64,000 nt of DNA from an uncultured delta proteobacterium (GCA_963716045.1 CAVQSS010000009.1:128852-192851); one strand, 5' to 3'. Positions 1 to 8,671 are shown, counted from the first letter of the stretch. The notes: a model not told the origin generated them from the letters alone. Program-made: numbers and translations.

Positions 1-76
1 ACAAGGCTTCATACCCCTGTTTTTCGGCCTTCAGCCAATCCAGTACTTGTTGTCCATTTGAAGTTTCCCGGCTCAT
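1..76 (-). CDS. Start of an unidentified ORF that runs off the window edge (neighbour of the flagellar cluster)
   Basis: The ATG at 76-74 overlaps the TGA of the rod-binding gene (ATGA at 73-76). The frame stays open to position 1 (MSRETSNGQQVLDWLKAEKQGYEAL...). It is too short to assign a family. Confidence 0.3.
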   Translation of the reverse strand, partial: MSRETSNGQQVLDWLKAEKQGYEAL

Positions 77-450
77 GGCTTTCCTCCCGGTCCGGATAAG
101 GCCCCGTTTTCAGGCATCTGCAAACCGCCTGACGGGTGGAACACCCGGGCCTTTTCGTGTTCCAGCACTTTCCGGTAGATGGTCTTTCCCACGCCCAGCG
201 CCCCTTTTTGGGCCATTTTCTTGCTGATCTCCCGGTCGAAGAGGGACTGATAAACCTCCTTGCCCGGGGCGTCCGCCAGGAATTTGGATTTGAGGACCGT
301 CCGACGCATGGATTGCATGAGCTGATTGATAAACAGGGCCTCAAAATCCTCGGAGGCCTTTTTCAGCTTCGTCTCATCGATCTTTTTCCCGCCCGGTACA
401 CTCGGGAGCGGGAGGGGCGGTTCACTCGCGGCTAAGGTGTTAATCGGCAT
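73..450 (-). CDS. flgJ: Flagellar rod-binding protein (FlgJ N-terminal domain only)
   Basis: 125 aa. The motif ASEDFEALFINQLMQSMRRT matches the Rod_binding / FlgJ N-terminal domain. No C-terminal muramidase or peptidase module is present. It lies directly downstream of flgI. Confidence 0.8.
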   Translation of the reverse strand: MPINTLAASEPPLPLPSVPGGKKIDETKLKKASEDFEALFINQLMQSMRRTVLKSKFLADAPGKEVYQSLFDREISKKMAQKGALGVGKTIYRKVLEHEKARVFHPSGGLQMPENGALSGPGGKP

Positions 451-470
451 TTTATCCCTTTTTCTTAAAA

Positions 471-1715
471 TTAGATAATTTCCAGGTCCGCCTGCAAGGC
501 CCCGGCCGACTTGATCGTCTGCAGGATGGAGATCAGGTCCCGGGGTGTCACCCCGATGGCATTCAGCGACTGGACCAGTTCGCCCAGGTTGGCACCCTGG
601 GGGACGACCATCAATTTATTCCCTTCCTCTTTTACCGAGACATCGGAGTCGGGAGTGACCACTGTGGCCCCTCCGGGGGCGACAACCGGTCCCTTGACCC
701 CGCCGGGCGACGCGGCGCCACCACCGGGCGTCACTCCCCTGCCGGACGCTCCCGGAAGGGCGCCCGGGGCAAAGGGCAGGGGCTGGGAAACGTTATAATT
801 TTCCTTGATCTGGATACTCAGATTGCCGTGGGCCACGGCCACCGTGGAAATTCGGACATTTTCGCCCATGACGATCGTGCCGGTCCGTTCATTGACGATG
901 ATTTTAGCCACGGCATCGGGAGTCACCTCCAACCTTTCGATGGCCGCGATCCATTCCGCCGGGTTGGCCTGGTGGCCCTCGGGGATGGAGACGCGGATGG
1001 TCCCGGAATCGAGCGACCGGGCCAAATCGGCGCCGGCAAACCGGTTGATGCGCTCTTTCACCTTCTCGGCGGTGGTGAAATCGGAGTTGTAGAGGGCCAG
1101 AAACAGCTCTTTCTTGTCCTCCAGGCGCACCGGCACCTCCCGCTCGATTATCGCTCCCTTGGAAATCGAAGCCACCGTGGGATGATTTTTTGTCACCCCC
1201 CCTCCGGCCTGGCCTGAAGCCACGTACCCACCCACCGCAATGGGTCCCTGGGACAGGGCGTAGACCTGATTATCTACCCCCTGTAAGGGGGTCAGGAGCA
1301 AGGTTCCCCCTTGCAGGCTTTTGGCGTCTCCTATGGAGGAGATGACCACATCGATCTTGGATCCCAGCCGGGCAAAGGGCGGCAGATTGGCCGTGACCAT
1401 GACGGCGGCTACGTTCTTCAGCTTGATGTTGGTGAAACGCTCCCGCTCCACATGAACGCCCATGCGCTCCAGCATGTTCAGGGTGGAGCGGATGGCGAAG
1501 TCCACGTTGTTCGAACTGTCCCCGGTCCCGTTCAGCCCCACTACCAGGCCGTAGCCGACCAGTTGGTTGCTGCGGATCCCCTTTAAAGAGGCGATATCTT
1601 TCAGGCGGGTCGACCAGCCCGGGGAGGCCAGGGCCAGGACCAGGAGCAGGCTGAAAGACCATCGAATGATCAGGATTCGGTTGACGGACTGCGTTCTATT
1701 AACAGGGTTTTCCAT
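471..1715 (-). CDS. flgI: Flagellar P-ring protein FlgI
   Basis: 414 aa. Signal peptide followed by RLKDIASLKGIRSNQLVGYGLVVGLNGTGD. The C-terminus GANLGELVQSLNAIGVTPRDLISILQTIKSAGALQADLEII is typical of FlgI. Confidence 0.95.
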   Translation of the reverse strand: MENPVNRTQSVNRILIIRWSFSLLLVLALASPGWSTRLKDIASLKGIRSNQLVGYGLVVGLNGTGDSSNNVDFAIRSTLNMLERMGVHVERERFTNIKLKNVAAVMVTANLPPFARLGSKIDVVISSIGDAKSLQGGTLLLTPLQGVDNQVYALSQGPIAVGGYVASGQAGGGVTKNHPTVASISKGAIIEREVPVRLEDKKELFLALYNSDFTTAEKVKERINRFAGADLARSLDSGTIRVSIPEGHQANPAEWIAAIERLEVTPDAVAKIIVNERTGTIVMGENVRISTVAVAHGNLSIQIKENYNVSQPLPFAPGALPGASGRGVTPGGGAASPGGVKGPVVAPGGATVVTPDSDVSVKEEGNKLMVVPQGANLGELVQSLNAIGVTPRDLISILQTIKSAGALQADLEII

Positions 1716-1756
1716 TCTAGCGTTTCTTTCAGTTTGATCCAGAATCTATTTTTGTA

Positions 1757-2446
1757 TTAAAACGGCCAGATCCAGTCCAGCAACCGGGCCACCAAACCCG
1801 GATGCTGCTTGTCGCTGACCACCCCGTAACCGCTCAGTTCGATGACCGCGTCGGCGATATACGTGGATAACACCACATTAGTCGATGAAATATCCACCGG
1901 CCGGACCTCGCCCTGGATATAAATGTACTGGTTCTCGTTGTTGACCCGCACGTCCCGCGCCCCCCGGATTACCAGATTGCCGTTGGGCCTGACCTTGATC
2001 ACCCGGGTGGTGATGAAAGCCGTCATTTTGGACGACCGGGTGGTGCCTCCCTTGCCGCCGAAGGTGTTTCCGAAATTTACGGCATTGCTGCTGGCCAGTT
2101 CTTTGATCATGCCCGAGGTCTGGAACGTTTCCAGAACCCCGGCCCAACTGGCTTTCAGGTTGGACTGGCGGTCCAGGTCGGTGGTAGCATTATCCGTAGC
2201 CGAAGTCGATTCCACCACGTTAATGGTGACGATATCATTGACCCGGGAGGCCTTCAGGTCGGTGAAAAGGTTAGCCCCCGTTGAGACCGACCAGAGGGAA
2301 CCCTCCTCCGAGACGGCCGAGACCCCCGGCGGGACCGGTTCTGCCGGGGGGGCGTTCAACCGGTGGGAGGTCAAGGGCATACAGGCTCCGGTAGCCACCA
2401 CTATCAGGACGATGAATCCCCAGGTTGTTCTGTTGGGTTTGATCAT
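1757..2446 (-). CDS. flgH: Flagellar L-ring lipoprotein FlgH
   Basis: 229 aa. Lipoprotein-type N-terminus (VVATGAC). Motifs SLWS..LFTDLKASRVNDIVTINV and NLVIRGARDVRVNNENQYIYIQGEVRPVDI are FlgH hallmarks. Confidence 0.95.
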   Translation of the reverse strand: MIKPNRTTWGFIVLIVVATGACMPLTSHRLNAPPAEPVPPGVSAVSEEGSLWSVSTGANLFTDLKASRVNDIVTINVVESTSATDNATTDLDRQSNLKASWAGVLETFQTSGMIKELASSNAVNFGNTFGGKGGTTRSSKMTAFITTRVIKVRPNGNLVIRGARDVRVNNENQYIYIQGEVRPVDISSTNVVLSTYIADAVIELSGYGVVSDKQHPGLVARLLDWIWPF

Positions 2447-2458
2447 GGTTGCGCTTCC

Positions 2459-3448
2459 TCAATTAACTTCCAGGCGAACGGTGGCGGCGTCCACCACCCG
2501 GCCGAACAACTCCGTCTTGCTCCCGAGATTGACCAGTTTCACCCGGTCCCCTTTCCGGCCGGCCTCCTTGATCTCGCCCAGGCAGGAAATCCGCAGACTG
2601 TTCCTTTCCAGGATGATATTCACCACATCCCCCTTCTTAACCAGGGGCGGGATCTCCAGCAGGGACGCTCGGAAGGGTTCCCGCCCGTTGAGATTGACGA
2701 TCATTCGTTTCCCCAGGACCTCCTGGGGGTTGGTGACCGCATCGGGGGGGAGTTGCTGAATATTGATGGGCATGACCCGAAGGTCCTCGGCCTGAATTTC
2801 CTGGTGCCGCTTCAAGTAGCGGTCGGCCACCACCACCTTTTGATATAGGTCCACCAGGGCGTTCACGGTCATTCGTTTTGTTTCTTTTCCATTCCCGTAG
2901 AAGGCCAGGTTGGCCTGAACCCATCCGCCTTTGCGCAAAGGTTCGGATATCCAAACCTTGCAGGACCGGGCTTCCGGCGACAGGGTGACTTCCTCGAAGT
3001 TCCGTACTTCCCGGACCTCCACCTGAATATTTCCCCCGGGCAGATTTTTCCGGATATGGCCTTCTATGATTCGACCGATCTCTTCCGCTCCCATCAAACG
3101 CCCTTCCCGAACTACGGTGATTTCCAGTGGCGCCGGCTCCCAGGGACGACGAATCCCTTCCGGGACGGATTCCAGCGCCGCTTCGATCTCCCGGCGGGTG
3201 ACCACCGCGACCTCCCCGGGTTGGGGGGCTTCTTTGATCGGTAATCGAGTAATCTCCGCCGTCAAGGCGTTTCTCAGCCCTTTGAACTCAGCTACATCGC
3301 CCACCCGAATCACCTCTCCGGAAACAGTGGCCCGGCTTTTGAAAAGCATTCGGGGGCCGTACTCCGCCCCCCAGGCGCCGACGATAAATCCCAGCCCCAG
3401 CAGCCCGAAGCCCATCATGATCCCCAAAGTACGTATCGAATTTTTCAT
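2459..3448 (-). CDS. flgA: Flagellar P-ring assembly chaperone FlgA
   Basis: 329 aa with a signal peptide. The SAF-like region is IRVGDVAEF. The C-terminus PPLVKKGDVVNIILERNSLRISCLGEIKEAGRKGDRVKLVNLGSKTELFGRVV is typical of FlgA. It sits between flgG and flgH. Confidence 0.8.
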   Translation of the reverse strand: MKNSIRTLGIMMGFGLLGLGFIVGAWGAEYGPRMLFKSRATVSGEVIRVGDVAEFKGLRNALTAEITRLPIKEAPQPGEVAVVTRREIEAALESVPEGIRRPWEPAPLEITVVREGRLMGAEEIGRIIEGHIRKNLPGGNIQVEVREVRNFEEVTLSPEARSCKVWISEPLRKGGWVQANLAFYGNGKETKRMTVNALVDLYQKVVVADRYLKRHQEIQAEDLRVMPINIQQLPPDAVTNPQEVLGKRMIVNLNGREPFRASLLEIPPLVKKGDVVNIILERNSLRISCLGEIKEAGRKGDRVKLVNLGSKTELFGRVVDAATVRLEVN

Positions 3449-3477
3449 AGTCTGCCTAATAAGATCCTCAATGATCC

Positions 3478-4260
3478 TTAACGCTTGAGGTTATTCACCT
3501 GTTGGAGCATCTCATCGCCGGCTTGAATAGCCTTGGCGCTGATTTCGTAGGCCCGCTGGGCGATGATCATGGTCACCATTTCCTCGACGATGTCTACGTT
3601 GGACATTTCCAAAAACCCCTGGCTGATGGACCCGAACTGGTCCGTTCCGGGGTTGCCTTCCACCGGATCCCCGGAACCGTCGTTTTTAACAAAGTAATTC
3701 TGTCCGATGGCCTGAAGCCCGGCGGGATTGATGAAATCATAGACCTGCATCTGAACGCTCCCCAATTCCTTGCCGCTGGAATCGCTGCAGACCAATTTTC
3801 CTCCCGAACCCACGGTGATATTCGCGGTTTGGGAAGGCACGGCAAATTCAGGCTGGAGCCGGCTCCCATTGCTGTCCATGATATAACCATCCTTGTCGGT
3901 TTTAAAGGACCCGCCCCGGGTGAACACTTCCCGGTCGTTATTGATCAGCTTGAAAAACCCGCGGCCATCGATGGCCAGGTCCAGGGGGTTGTTGGTATGG
4001 GTGTAGTCCCCCTGCAGAAAATTTTTGCTGACCGAAATGACCTTGGTGCCCATGCCCACCTGGATGCCCACCGGCAACTGACTTCCTTCCGCAGTTGGAA
4101 CCCCGGCGTTGCGGATATTCTGGTACATCAAATCCTGGAAATTGGTCCGGCTTCGTTTGAACCCGGAGGTGTTGACATTGGCCAGATTGTTGGCGATAAC
4201 GGCCACATTCGATTGTTGGGCCGACATACCGGTGGCTGCTGTCCAGAGTCCGCGAATCAT
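3478..4260 (-). CDS. flgG: Flagellar distal rod protein FlgG
   Basis: 260 aa. N-terminus MIRGLWTAATGMSAQQSNVAVIANNLANVNTSGFK. C-terminus FLEMSNVDIVEEMVTMIIAQRAYEISAKAIQAGDEMLQQVNNL. Confidence 0.95.
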   Translation of the reverse strand: MIRGLWTAATGMSAQQSNVAVIANNLANVNTSGFKRSRTNFQDLMYQNIRNAGVPTAEGSQLPVGIQVGMGTKVISVSKNFLQGDYTHTNNPLDLAIDGRGFFKLINNDREVFTRGGSFKTDKDGYIMDSNGSRLQPEFAVPSQTANITVGSGGKLVCSDSSGKELGSVQMQVYDFINPAGLQAIGQNYFVKNDGSGDPVEGNPGTDQFGSISQGFLEMSNVDIVEEMVTMIIAQRAYEISAKAIQAGDEMLQQVNNLKR

Positions 4261-4335
4261 TTTGTTTATTTCTCCCTTTTTATTTCGCTTTGGTTGAAAT
4301 TGAATTTCTCAAAAGTCTACCGGGCTTTGCGGGCG

Positions 4336-5061
4336 TTACGTTCGGCCCACATCATTGACGGCCTTGCCGGTCATTTCATCGTTGGCCTGGATCATTTTCA
4401 TGCAGGTTTCATAGGTCCGAAAGGCATCCATCATCTTGGTCATTTCTTCCACGGCGTTCACGTTGGCCGTTTCCAGATATCCCTGCTGGACCTCCAGCCC
4501 TTCCACCCCCAGTTCCGGTTGGGGTTCATCCAGGCGGAACAGGGCGTGTCCCTCTTTTTTTAGCAAACGCTGATCCTTGAATCGCACTAAGGTCGGCTTG
4601 CCCGCGGTTTCCGCCGTGCTGTTGGCTTCCGCTCCCTGAGCCCGGATGGTCCCATCCGTACCCACGCTGATCTTTTTCTTACCGTCCAGGAGGATTTCCC
4701 CACTCTCTCCCAAAACCGGAAAGCCCCCGGCGTTGACCAGCCGTCCCTCCGAATCCAGCCGGAAATTACCGGCCCGGGAATAGCGGATCCCCAGCGGAGT
4801 CTTAATTTTAAAAAATCCTTCCCCGGTCAGGGCCAGGTCCAGGTCATTGCCGGTCCGCTGAAGTTCCCCCTGGCTGAAATCGGTCTGGGTGGCGTCCATC
4901 TTCTGATTTCTGAGTTGTTCCTGTTCATGATAAAAAATGGAATTAAAAACGGGGATGTCTTTCTTGAAACCCACCGTCATGGAATTGCTCAGGTTATTGG
5001 CCAGGATACTGATTCTTCGCTCTTGATGTAAGGCGCCCAGGGGGCCCAGGTTCTGATTCAA
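4336..5061 (-). CDS. flgF: Flagellar proximal rod protein FlgF
   Basis: 241 aa with a TTG start. It has the rod-family N-terminus (ILANNLSNSMTVGFKK) and C-terminus (YLETANVNAVEEMTKMMDAFRTYETCMKMIQANDEM). It lies upstream of flgG. Confidence 0.85.
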   Translation of the reverse strand: MNQNLGPLGALHQERRISILANNLSNSMTVGFKKDIPVFNSIFYHEQEQLRNQKMDATQTDFSQGELQRTGNDLDLALTGEGFFKIKTPLGIRYSRAGNFRLDSEGRLVNAGGFPVLGESGEILLDGKKKISVGTDGTIRAQGAEANSTAETAGKPTLVRFKDQRLLKKEGHALFRLDEPQPELGVEGLEVQQGYLETANVNAVEEMTKMMDAFRTYETCMKMIQANDEMTGKAVNDVGRT

Positions 5062-5094
5062 GATGTTTTCTCCCGTCGTTTAATATTCATCTCT

Positions 5095-5109
5095 GCAATG
5101 CCTGTGCCA
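5095..5109 (-). promoter_or_regulatory. Sigma-54 (-24/-12) promoter upstream of flgF
   Basis: The minus strand reads TGGCAC-AGGCA-TTGC, an exact match to TGGCAC-N5-TTGC. It lies about 34 nt upstream of the flgF TTG start. Confidence 0.65.
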
Positions 5110-5324
5110 TCTGGGGCGGCTCTGGAAGTTATCCCCCGGCGGGCCGGCCAGAATTTCATCGTGTTTAACATAATGACTTTATTGAATTTTTTGCAATCAC
5201 CGGACATCCTTCTCGGGGTCAGACGGGCAGAGGGCTCGGATCGGTTCCCTGGGTTCCCTTAGAGGGGAGGCCGTTTTGACCGGATAGGAAATTTTTACCT
5301 ATGGCAACGTTTTCCCGCCGAAAC

Positions 5325-5615
5325 TTAAGGTTTCTTGTCGACGGCCGAGTATCCCTTGTTCAGGGAATACACGAAGGCCAGTATCTCAGCCACCACCACA
5401 TAGGTAGCCGGTGGAATTTCCTGATTCAGGTCCAGTTTTGACAGGACCTGAATCAGGGCCGGATCCTCCTGGATAGGAATGCCGTGGCGGCGAGCCAAAT
5501 CAATAATCTTTTCCGCCACCAGGCCGGATCCTTTGGCCGTGACCCGGGGAGCCGAATCCTGACCCGGATGATATTTCAGGGCGGCGGCCCGGGGAAGTTC
5601 CTTTTTCGGTGCCAT
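5325..5615 (-). CDS. Soluble FlhB C-terminal-domain protein (YlqH / EscU-YscU-HrcU switch family)
   Basis: 96 aa. It aligns by eye to the post-NPTH part of the FlhB encoded in this window: VTAKGSGLVAEKIIDLARRHGIPIQEDPALIQVL...IPPATYVVVAEILAFVYSL versus VSAKGANFLAEKIKEIARSHGIPILENKSLAQAL...IPPSLYQVVAEILAYVYRL. It has no TM region and no NPTH motif. Confidence 0.85.
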   Translation of the reverse strand: MAPKKELPRAAALKYHPGQDSAPRVTAKGSGLVAEKIIDLARRHGIPIQEDPALIQVLSKLDLNQEIPPATYVVVAEILAFVYSLNKGYSAVDKKP

Positions 5616-6703
5616 CAGACTACCAGACTCACCAGAGAATCCGGGAAACCTTCCAGTCGGGCCGGCAGGATCTCCTGGAGTTGGTTCGAGGCAACCACCC
5701 GAATTTCGAGGTCCGCCAAGTACCCTCCCGCTCCCAGGCGGTCTGCCAGCCGGGGCAGGTTTTCCTCCAGGTATACTCCGATCAGAGGATCTGCGGTTTT
5801 GAAACGGCCGTAGAGTCGGTTTTCGCGGATCTGGATTTCAATCTGCAATTTTCCCAAGGCCGGAAGATCCAGGAGAAAAAGGAGGCCATTTTCCCGTTCC
5901 CCAGTGGGCGCTTCCCCCCCCCGATCGCCGGAAAACAGGACTTCCGTCCAGCGGAGCCCTTCCGGGAAAAACAGGGGGATTAGGAGAAGGAGTCTGGAGG
6001 GGTCTCCCTCTCCGGCATTCAGCAATTGGTAGAGCTCCATTTTCTGGATGAGCGGCTGAAGTTCACGGGCTGCCTCCGGCGCCACCGGTTCCAACTGGGC
6101 CTTCATCTTTAAGAGGAGGCCTTTCAGGTCTTCCCGCAGCAGGGCCTGCGAAATCGTCTTTCCATCCGAGGTGATCATGCGCAGCAGTTTATTTTCCAGG
6201 TTCAGACCCGATTGATCAATGATCCGGGCCAGGGCCCGGGGATCCGCCCCGGACTCCAGCATCCCGGAAAATTGCTTGGTCATCTCTTGGATCCGGGCCC
6301 AGGTCTCCAGAACTTCCTTTGGCAGGGAAGGTGCCACGATGCTCTTGAGCGCTGCCCAGCTCTCGGTCAGCATCTCCAGACTCGGATCGCCGACCCAATA
6401 TTTTTTCAGCAGGCTAAAAGAAACCGAACCGTTGCTGGTCGGAAGCAGGAGCTTAAAGATCACCCGGGGTTCCAGTTGCGCCACCCGCACCTGAAATTCA
6501 GCCCCCTCGGGAAGGGGAAAAGCCGTTTCGGCGATTAGTTCTTTTCCTTTAACCTGAATAAGGACCCGCTGGGGGTCCAGGGAACGGACCCATTTCACCG
6601 GGATGATTTCTCCCAGGGAGAACGAGTCCGGATCGAAAAGCTTGGCGGGAAGAAGGGATATTCTGGCGGTGTTCAGGATGGCGTCTAAAGACGGGATCGG
6701 CAC
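5615..6703 (-). CDS. FliK-like protein (putative hook-length-control C-terminal domain)
   Basis: 362 aa. The C-terminal third (LLFLLDLPALGKLQIEIQIRENRLYGRFKTADPLIGVYLEENLPRLADRLGAGGY) resembles the Flg_hook domain of FliK. Its stop overlaps the start of the FlhB_C-like gene (TGATG). Confidence 0.5.
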   Translation of the reverse strand: MPIPSLDAILNTARISLLPAKLFDPDSFSLGEIIPVKWVRSLDPQRVLIQVKGKELIAETAFPLPEGAEFQVRVAQLEPRVIFKLLLPTSNGSVSFSLLKKYWVGDPSLEMLTESWAALKSIVAPSLPKEVLETWARIQEMTKQFSGMLESGADPRALARIIDQSGLNLENKLLRMITSDGKTISQALLREDLKGLLLKMKAQLEPVAPEAARELQPLIQKMELYQLLNAGEGDPSRLLLLIPLFFPEGLRWTEVLFSGDRGGEAPTGERENGLLFLLDLPALGKLQIEIQIRENRLYGRFKTADPLIGVYLEENLPRLADRLGAGGYLADLEIRVVASNQLQEILPARLEGFPDSLVSLVV

Positions 6704-6719
6704 GGGGGTCCTCGGAGAT

Positions 6720-7184
6720 CTATTTCAGGCAGTAGGCTTTCAGGTCCAGCAATAATTGGACCTCCCCTTTGGCCAGGTTTAGCTGCTGCTCGATTTCCGG
6801 CAGGGAAAGGCCGTTTTCAGCCAGTTCGATAGCCTTAACATAAACATTGGGTGTGTTCTCCGCCGGCCGAGGACGATCGGACATTTCCTCGGCCCGACCC
6901 AGCAGCCAGGTTAATTTATTGATTTTTTCATCCAACTGCTCCAGCAGTTGTTGGGAAATCAGCTTTTTTTCCTGTAAATTCCCGGCCAGGTCCTGAGTGA
7001 TAACCTGGGATTCCTCCATTAGTTGCTTGAGTTCTTCGATCGGTAGTGCCGGGGCGCGCCCGTTGTCGGCCCACCTTCCGGTCCTTTTGGCCCAGAGCAT
7101 CCAGAGGATCGAAACGGATAAGATCACAATGGCCGTGCTTTCTACGATCGTCATCCAAAAGATGGGATTTTCCATTTTCATCAT
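6720..7184 (-). CDS. Membrane-anchored coiled-coil protein with a C-terminal HTH-like tail (DUF2802-like, flagellar-cluster associated)
   Basis: 154 aa. One N-terminal TM helix (IFWMTIVESTAIVILSVSILWMLW), a coiled-coil middle, and the tail GLSLPEIEQQLNLAKGEVQLLLDLK. The family call is from memory only. Confidence 0.4.
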   Translation of the reverse strand: MMKMENPIFWMTIVESTAIVILSVSILWMLWAKRTGRWADNGRAPALPIEELKQLMEESQVITQDLAGNLQEKKLISQQLLEQLDEKINKLTWLLGRAEEMSDRPRPAENTPNVYVKAIELAENGLSLPEIEQQLNLAKGEVQLLLDLKAYCLK

Positions 7185-7189
7185 TTTTC

Positions 7190-7408
7190 TTAGATTACGA
7201 TGTCCAAAATCTTCCCGGATTTTTTGGTTTTTTCTTCGAGGTCCGGGGTCTCGGGTTTCTCTTCTTCTTCCGCCCTCGGGGTTTGCCCTTCGGGTTTCTT
7301 TGGTCGCGGCCTTTTACCGTAGCGGTCCACTGCTTCCCGTTTGGAATCCCGGAGGCGGTCCACCGGTGTCGTTTGATGGAGCGGTGTGGAAATAAGGCTG
7401 TCAGCCAT
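7190..7408 (-). CDS. Small, highly charged hypothetical protein
   Basis: 72 aa counted from the internal ATG at 7408 (MADSLISTPLHQ...EEEEKPETPDLEEKTKKSGKILDIVI). The longer 113-aa ORF on the track would overlap cheY, so the internal start is preferred. No family recognised. Confidence 0.35.
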   Translation of the reverse strand: MADSLISTPLHQTTPVDRLRDSKREAVDRYGKRPRPKKPEGQTPRAEEEEKPETPDLEEKTKKSGKILDIVI

Positions 7409-7436
7409 GTCGATCTTTGGGGAGGAAGGCCGGTTC

Positions 7437-7814
7437 CTATTTTTCAAAGATTTTTTTGATTTTTTCGGCCAACGTTTCCGGTGTAAAAGGCTTGACGATA
7501 TAATTGCTGACCTTGGCTTTGACGGCCTCAATCACGTTCTCTTTCTGACCTTCGGCCGTAACCATCAGGAAGGGGAGGTCTTTCCACTCTTCGCTGGTGC
7601 GGACGGCTTTAAGCAGTTCGATCCCGGAAAGGCGAGGCATGTTCCAGTCGGAAATGATGAAATCGACACTTTGGCTGCGCAGCACGTCCAGGGCATTCAT
7701 CCCGTCGTCGGCTTCCAGGATGTTTTCAAATCCCAACTGCCGGAGAATATTCTTGACGATCCGCCGCATGGTGGAAAAATCATCCACCACCAATACTTTC
7801 ATTTTAACGTCCAT
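7437..7814 (-). CDS. cheY: Chemotaxis response regulator CheY
   Basis: 125-aa single receiver domain. Motifs: KVLVVDDFSTMRRIV, FIISDWNMPRLSG, LMVTAEG, NYIVKPFT. All canonical acid-pocket, Thr and Lys residues are present. Confidence 0.9.
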   Translation of the reverse strand: MDVKMKVLVVDDFSTMRRIVKNILRQLGFENILEADDGMNALDVLRSQSVDFIISDWNMPRLSGIELLKAVRTSEEWKDLPFLMVTAEGQKENVIEAVKAKVSNYIVKPFTPETLAEKIKKIFEK

Positions 7815-7855
7815 AGCAGGCTACCCCCTCTGATCCTAATTTTAAAACCCTTCGA

Positions 7856-8671
7856 TTACCTTTCCGCATCGAATACTTTTTTTAGTTGGGCCCGTAACTT
7901 CAAGATCACCTTGGAATGAATTTGGCAAATTCGGGATTCGGTAAATCCCATGATCTGGCCGATTTCCTTCAAGGTCATTTCTTCATAATAATAAAGCGAA
8001 ATGATGGTTTTTTCCTTCTGGGACAATCGCTCGATGGCCTGGGCCAAGATTTTCTTTAACTCCAGGAGGCTTAATTGGAAGGCGGGGTCCCGATGTTCAT
8101 CATCCCGGAGCATCTGCAGTAATTCATCATCCTTTAAGCCGGCTAATTGGCGCGGCAGATTTTCGATATCCAGGAGCGAAACCCGGTTGGTGTCATTGAG
8201 CAGTCCATAAAAATCGGCTAAAGTCACCCCCAAGGACTCGGCCATCTCCTCATCTTCCACCGGCCGTCCTTTTTCTTTCTCCAGTTCCCAATAGGCCTTG
8301 TCCAGGCGGGACATCTTCTGCCGCACCGAACGGGGGACCCAGTCCAGGGCCCTCAATTCATCCAGCATGGACCCTTTAATGCGGTACTCCGCATAAGTGG
8401 AGAACTGGACCTTCTTGCCCGGATCAAACTTATTCAAGGCATCCATCAGGCCGATGGCCCCGGCGCTGATCAAGTCTTCAACGGAGACATGAGCCGGCAG
8501 CCGCATGGCCAGGCGATGGGCGATGTATTTGATTAACGGAGCGTACTTGAGAATCAAGGCCTCTCGCTCGGCCGACGGTTCCGGGTCGGAGCCGTAGGCC
8601 CTCAAGGAGACCGATCCGTTCCCCTGGCTATAATTTTGTAGACTCGCTTTCAAAGCAACCGTCCTTTTCAC
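7856..8671 (-). CDS. fliA: Flagellar sigma factor FliA (sigma-28)
   Basis: 271 aa. Sigma-70 region 2 (LISAGAIGLMDALNKFDP..FSTYAEYRIKGSMLDELR) and region 4 (LSQKEKTIISLYYYEEMTLKEIGQIMGFTESRICQIHSK). It sits after flhG. Confidence 0.9.
   Translation of the reverse strand: MKRTVALKASLQNYSQGNGSVSLRAYGSDPEPSAEREALILKYAPLIKYIAHRLAMRLPAHVSVEDLISAGAIGLMDALNKFDPGKKVQFSTYAEYRIKGSMLDELRALDWVPRSVRQKMSRLDKAYWELEKEKGRPVEDEEMAESLGVTLADFYGLLNDTNRVSLLDIENLPRQLAGLKDDELLQMLRDDEHRDPAFQLSLLELKKILAQAIERLSQKEKTIISLYYYEEMTLKEIGQIMGFTESRICQIHSKVILKLRAQLKKVFDAER

Noticed and set aside
9-435. ORFs 9-344 (-) and 136-435 (+) overlapping the flgJ-like gene
   Set aside because: Only the 73-450 frame carries the Rod_binding motif. 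The others are alternative-frame artefacts.
3502-4563. A 353-aa plus-strand ORF opposite flgG/flgF. Similar long antisense ORFs occur at 1923-2759, 18520-19377, 25044-25901, 24274-24822, 29433-30047, 46389-46958 and 48648-49235
   Set aside because: All lie inside strongly supported minus-strand genes and have shadow-frame composition (rich in G, P, R, H). None has an RBS or domain motifs.
7190-7531. A 113-aa version of the small charged ORF
   Set aside because: It would overlap the 3-prime end of cheY by about 95 nt. The internal ATG at 7408 gives a non-overlapping 72-aa product.
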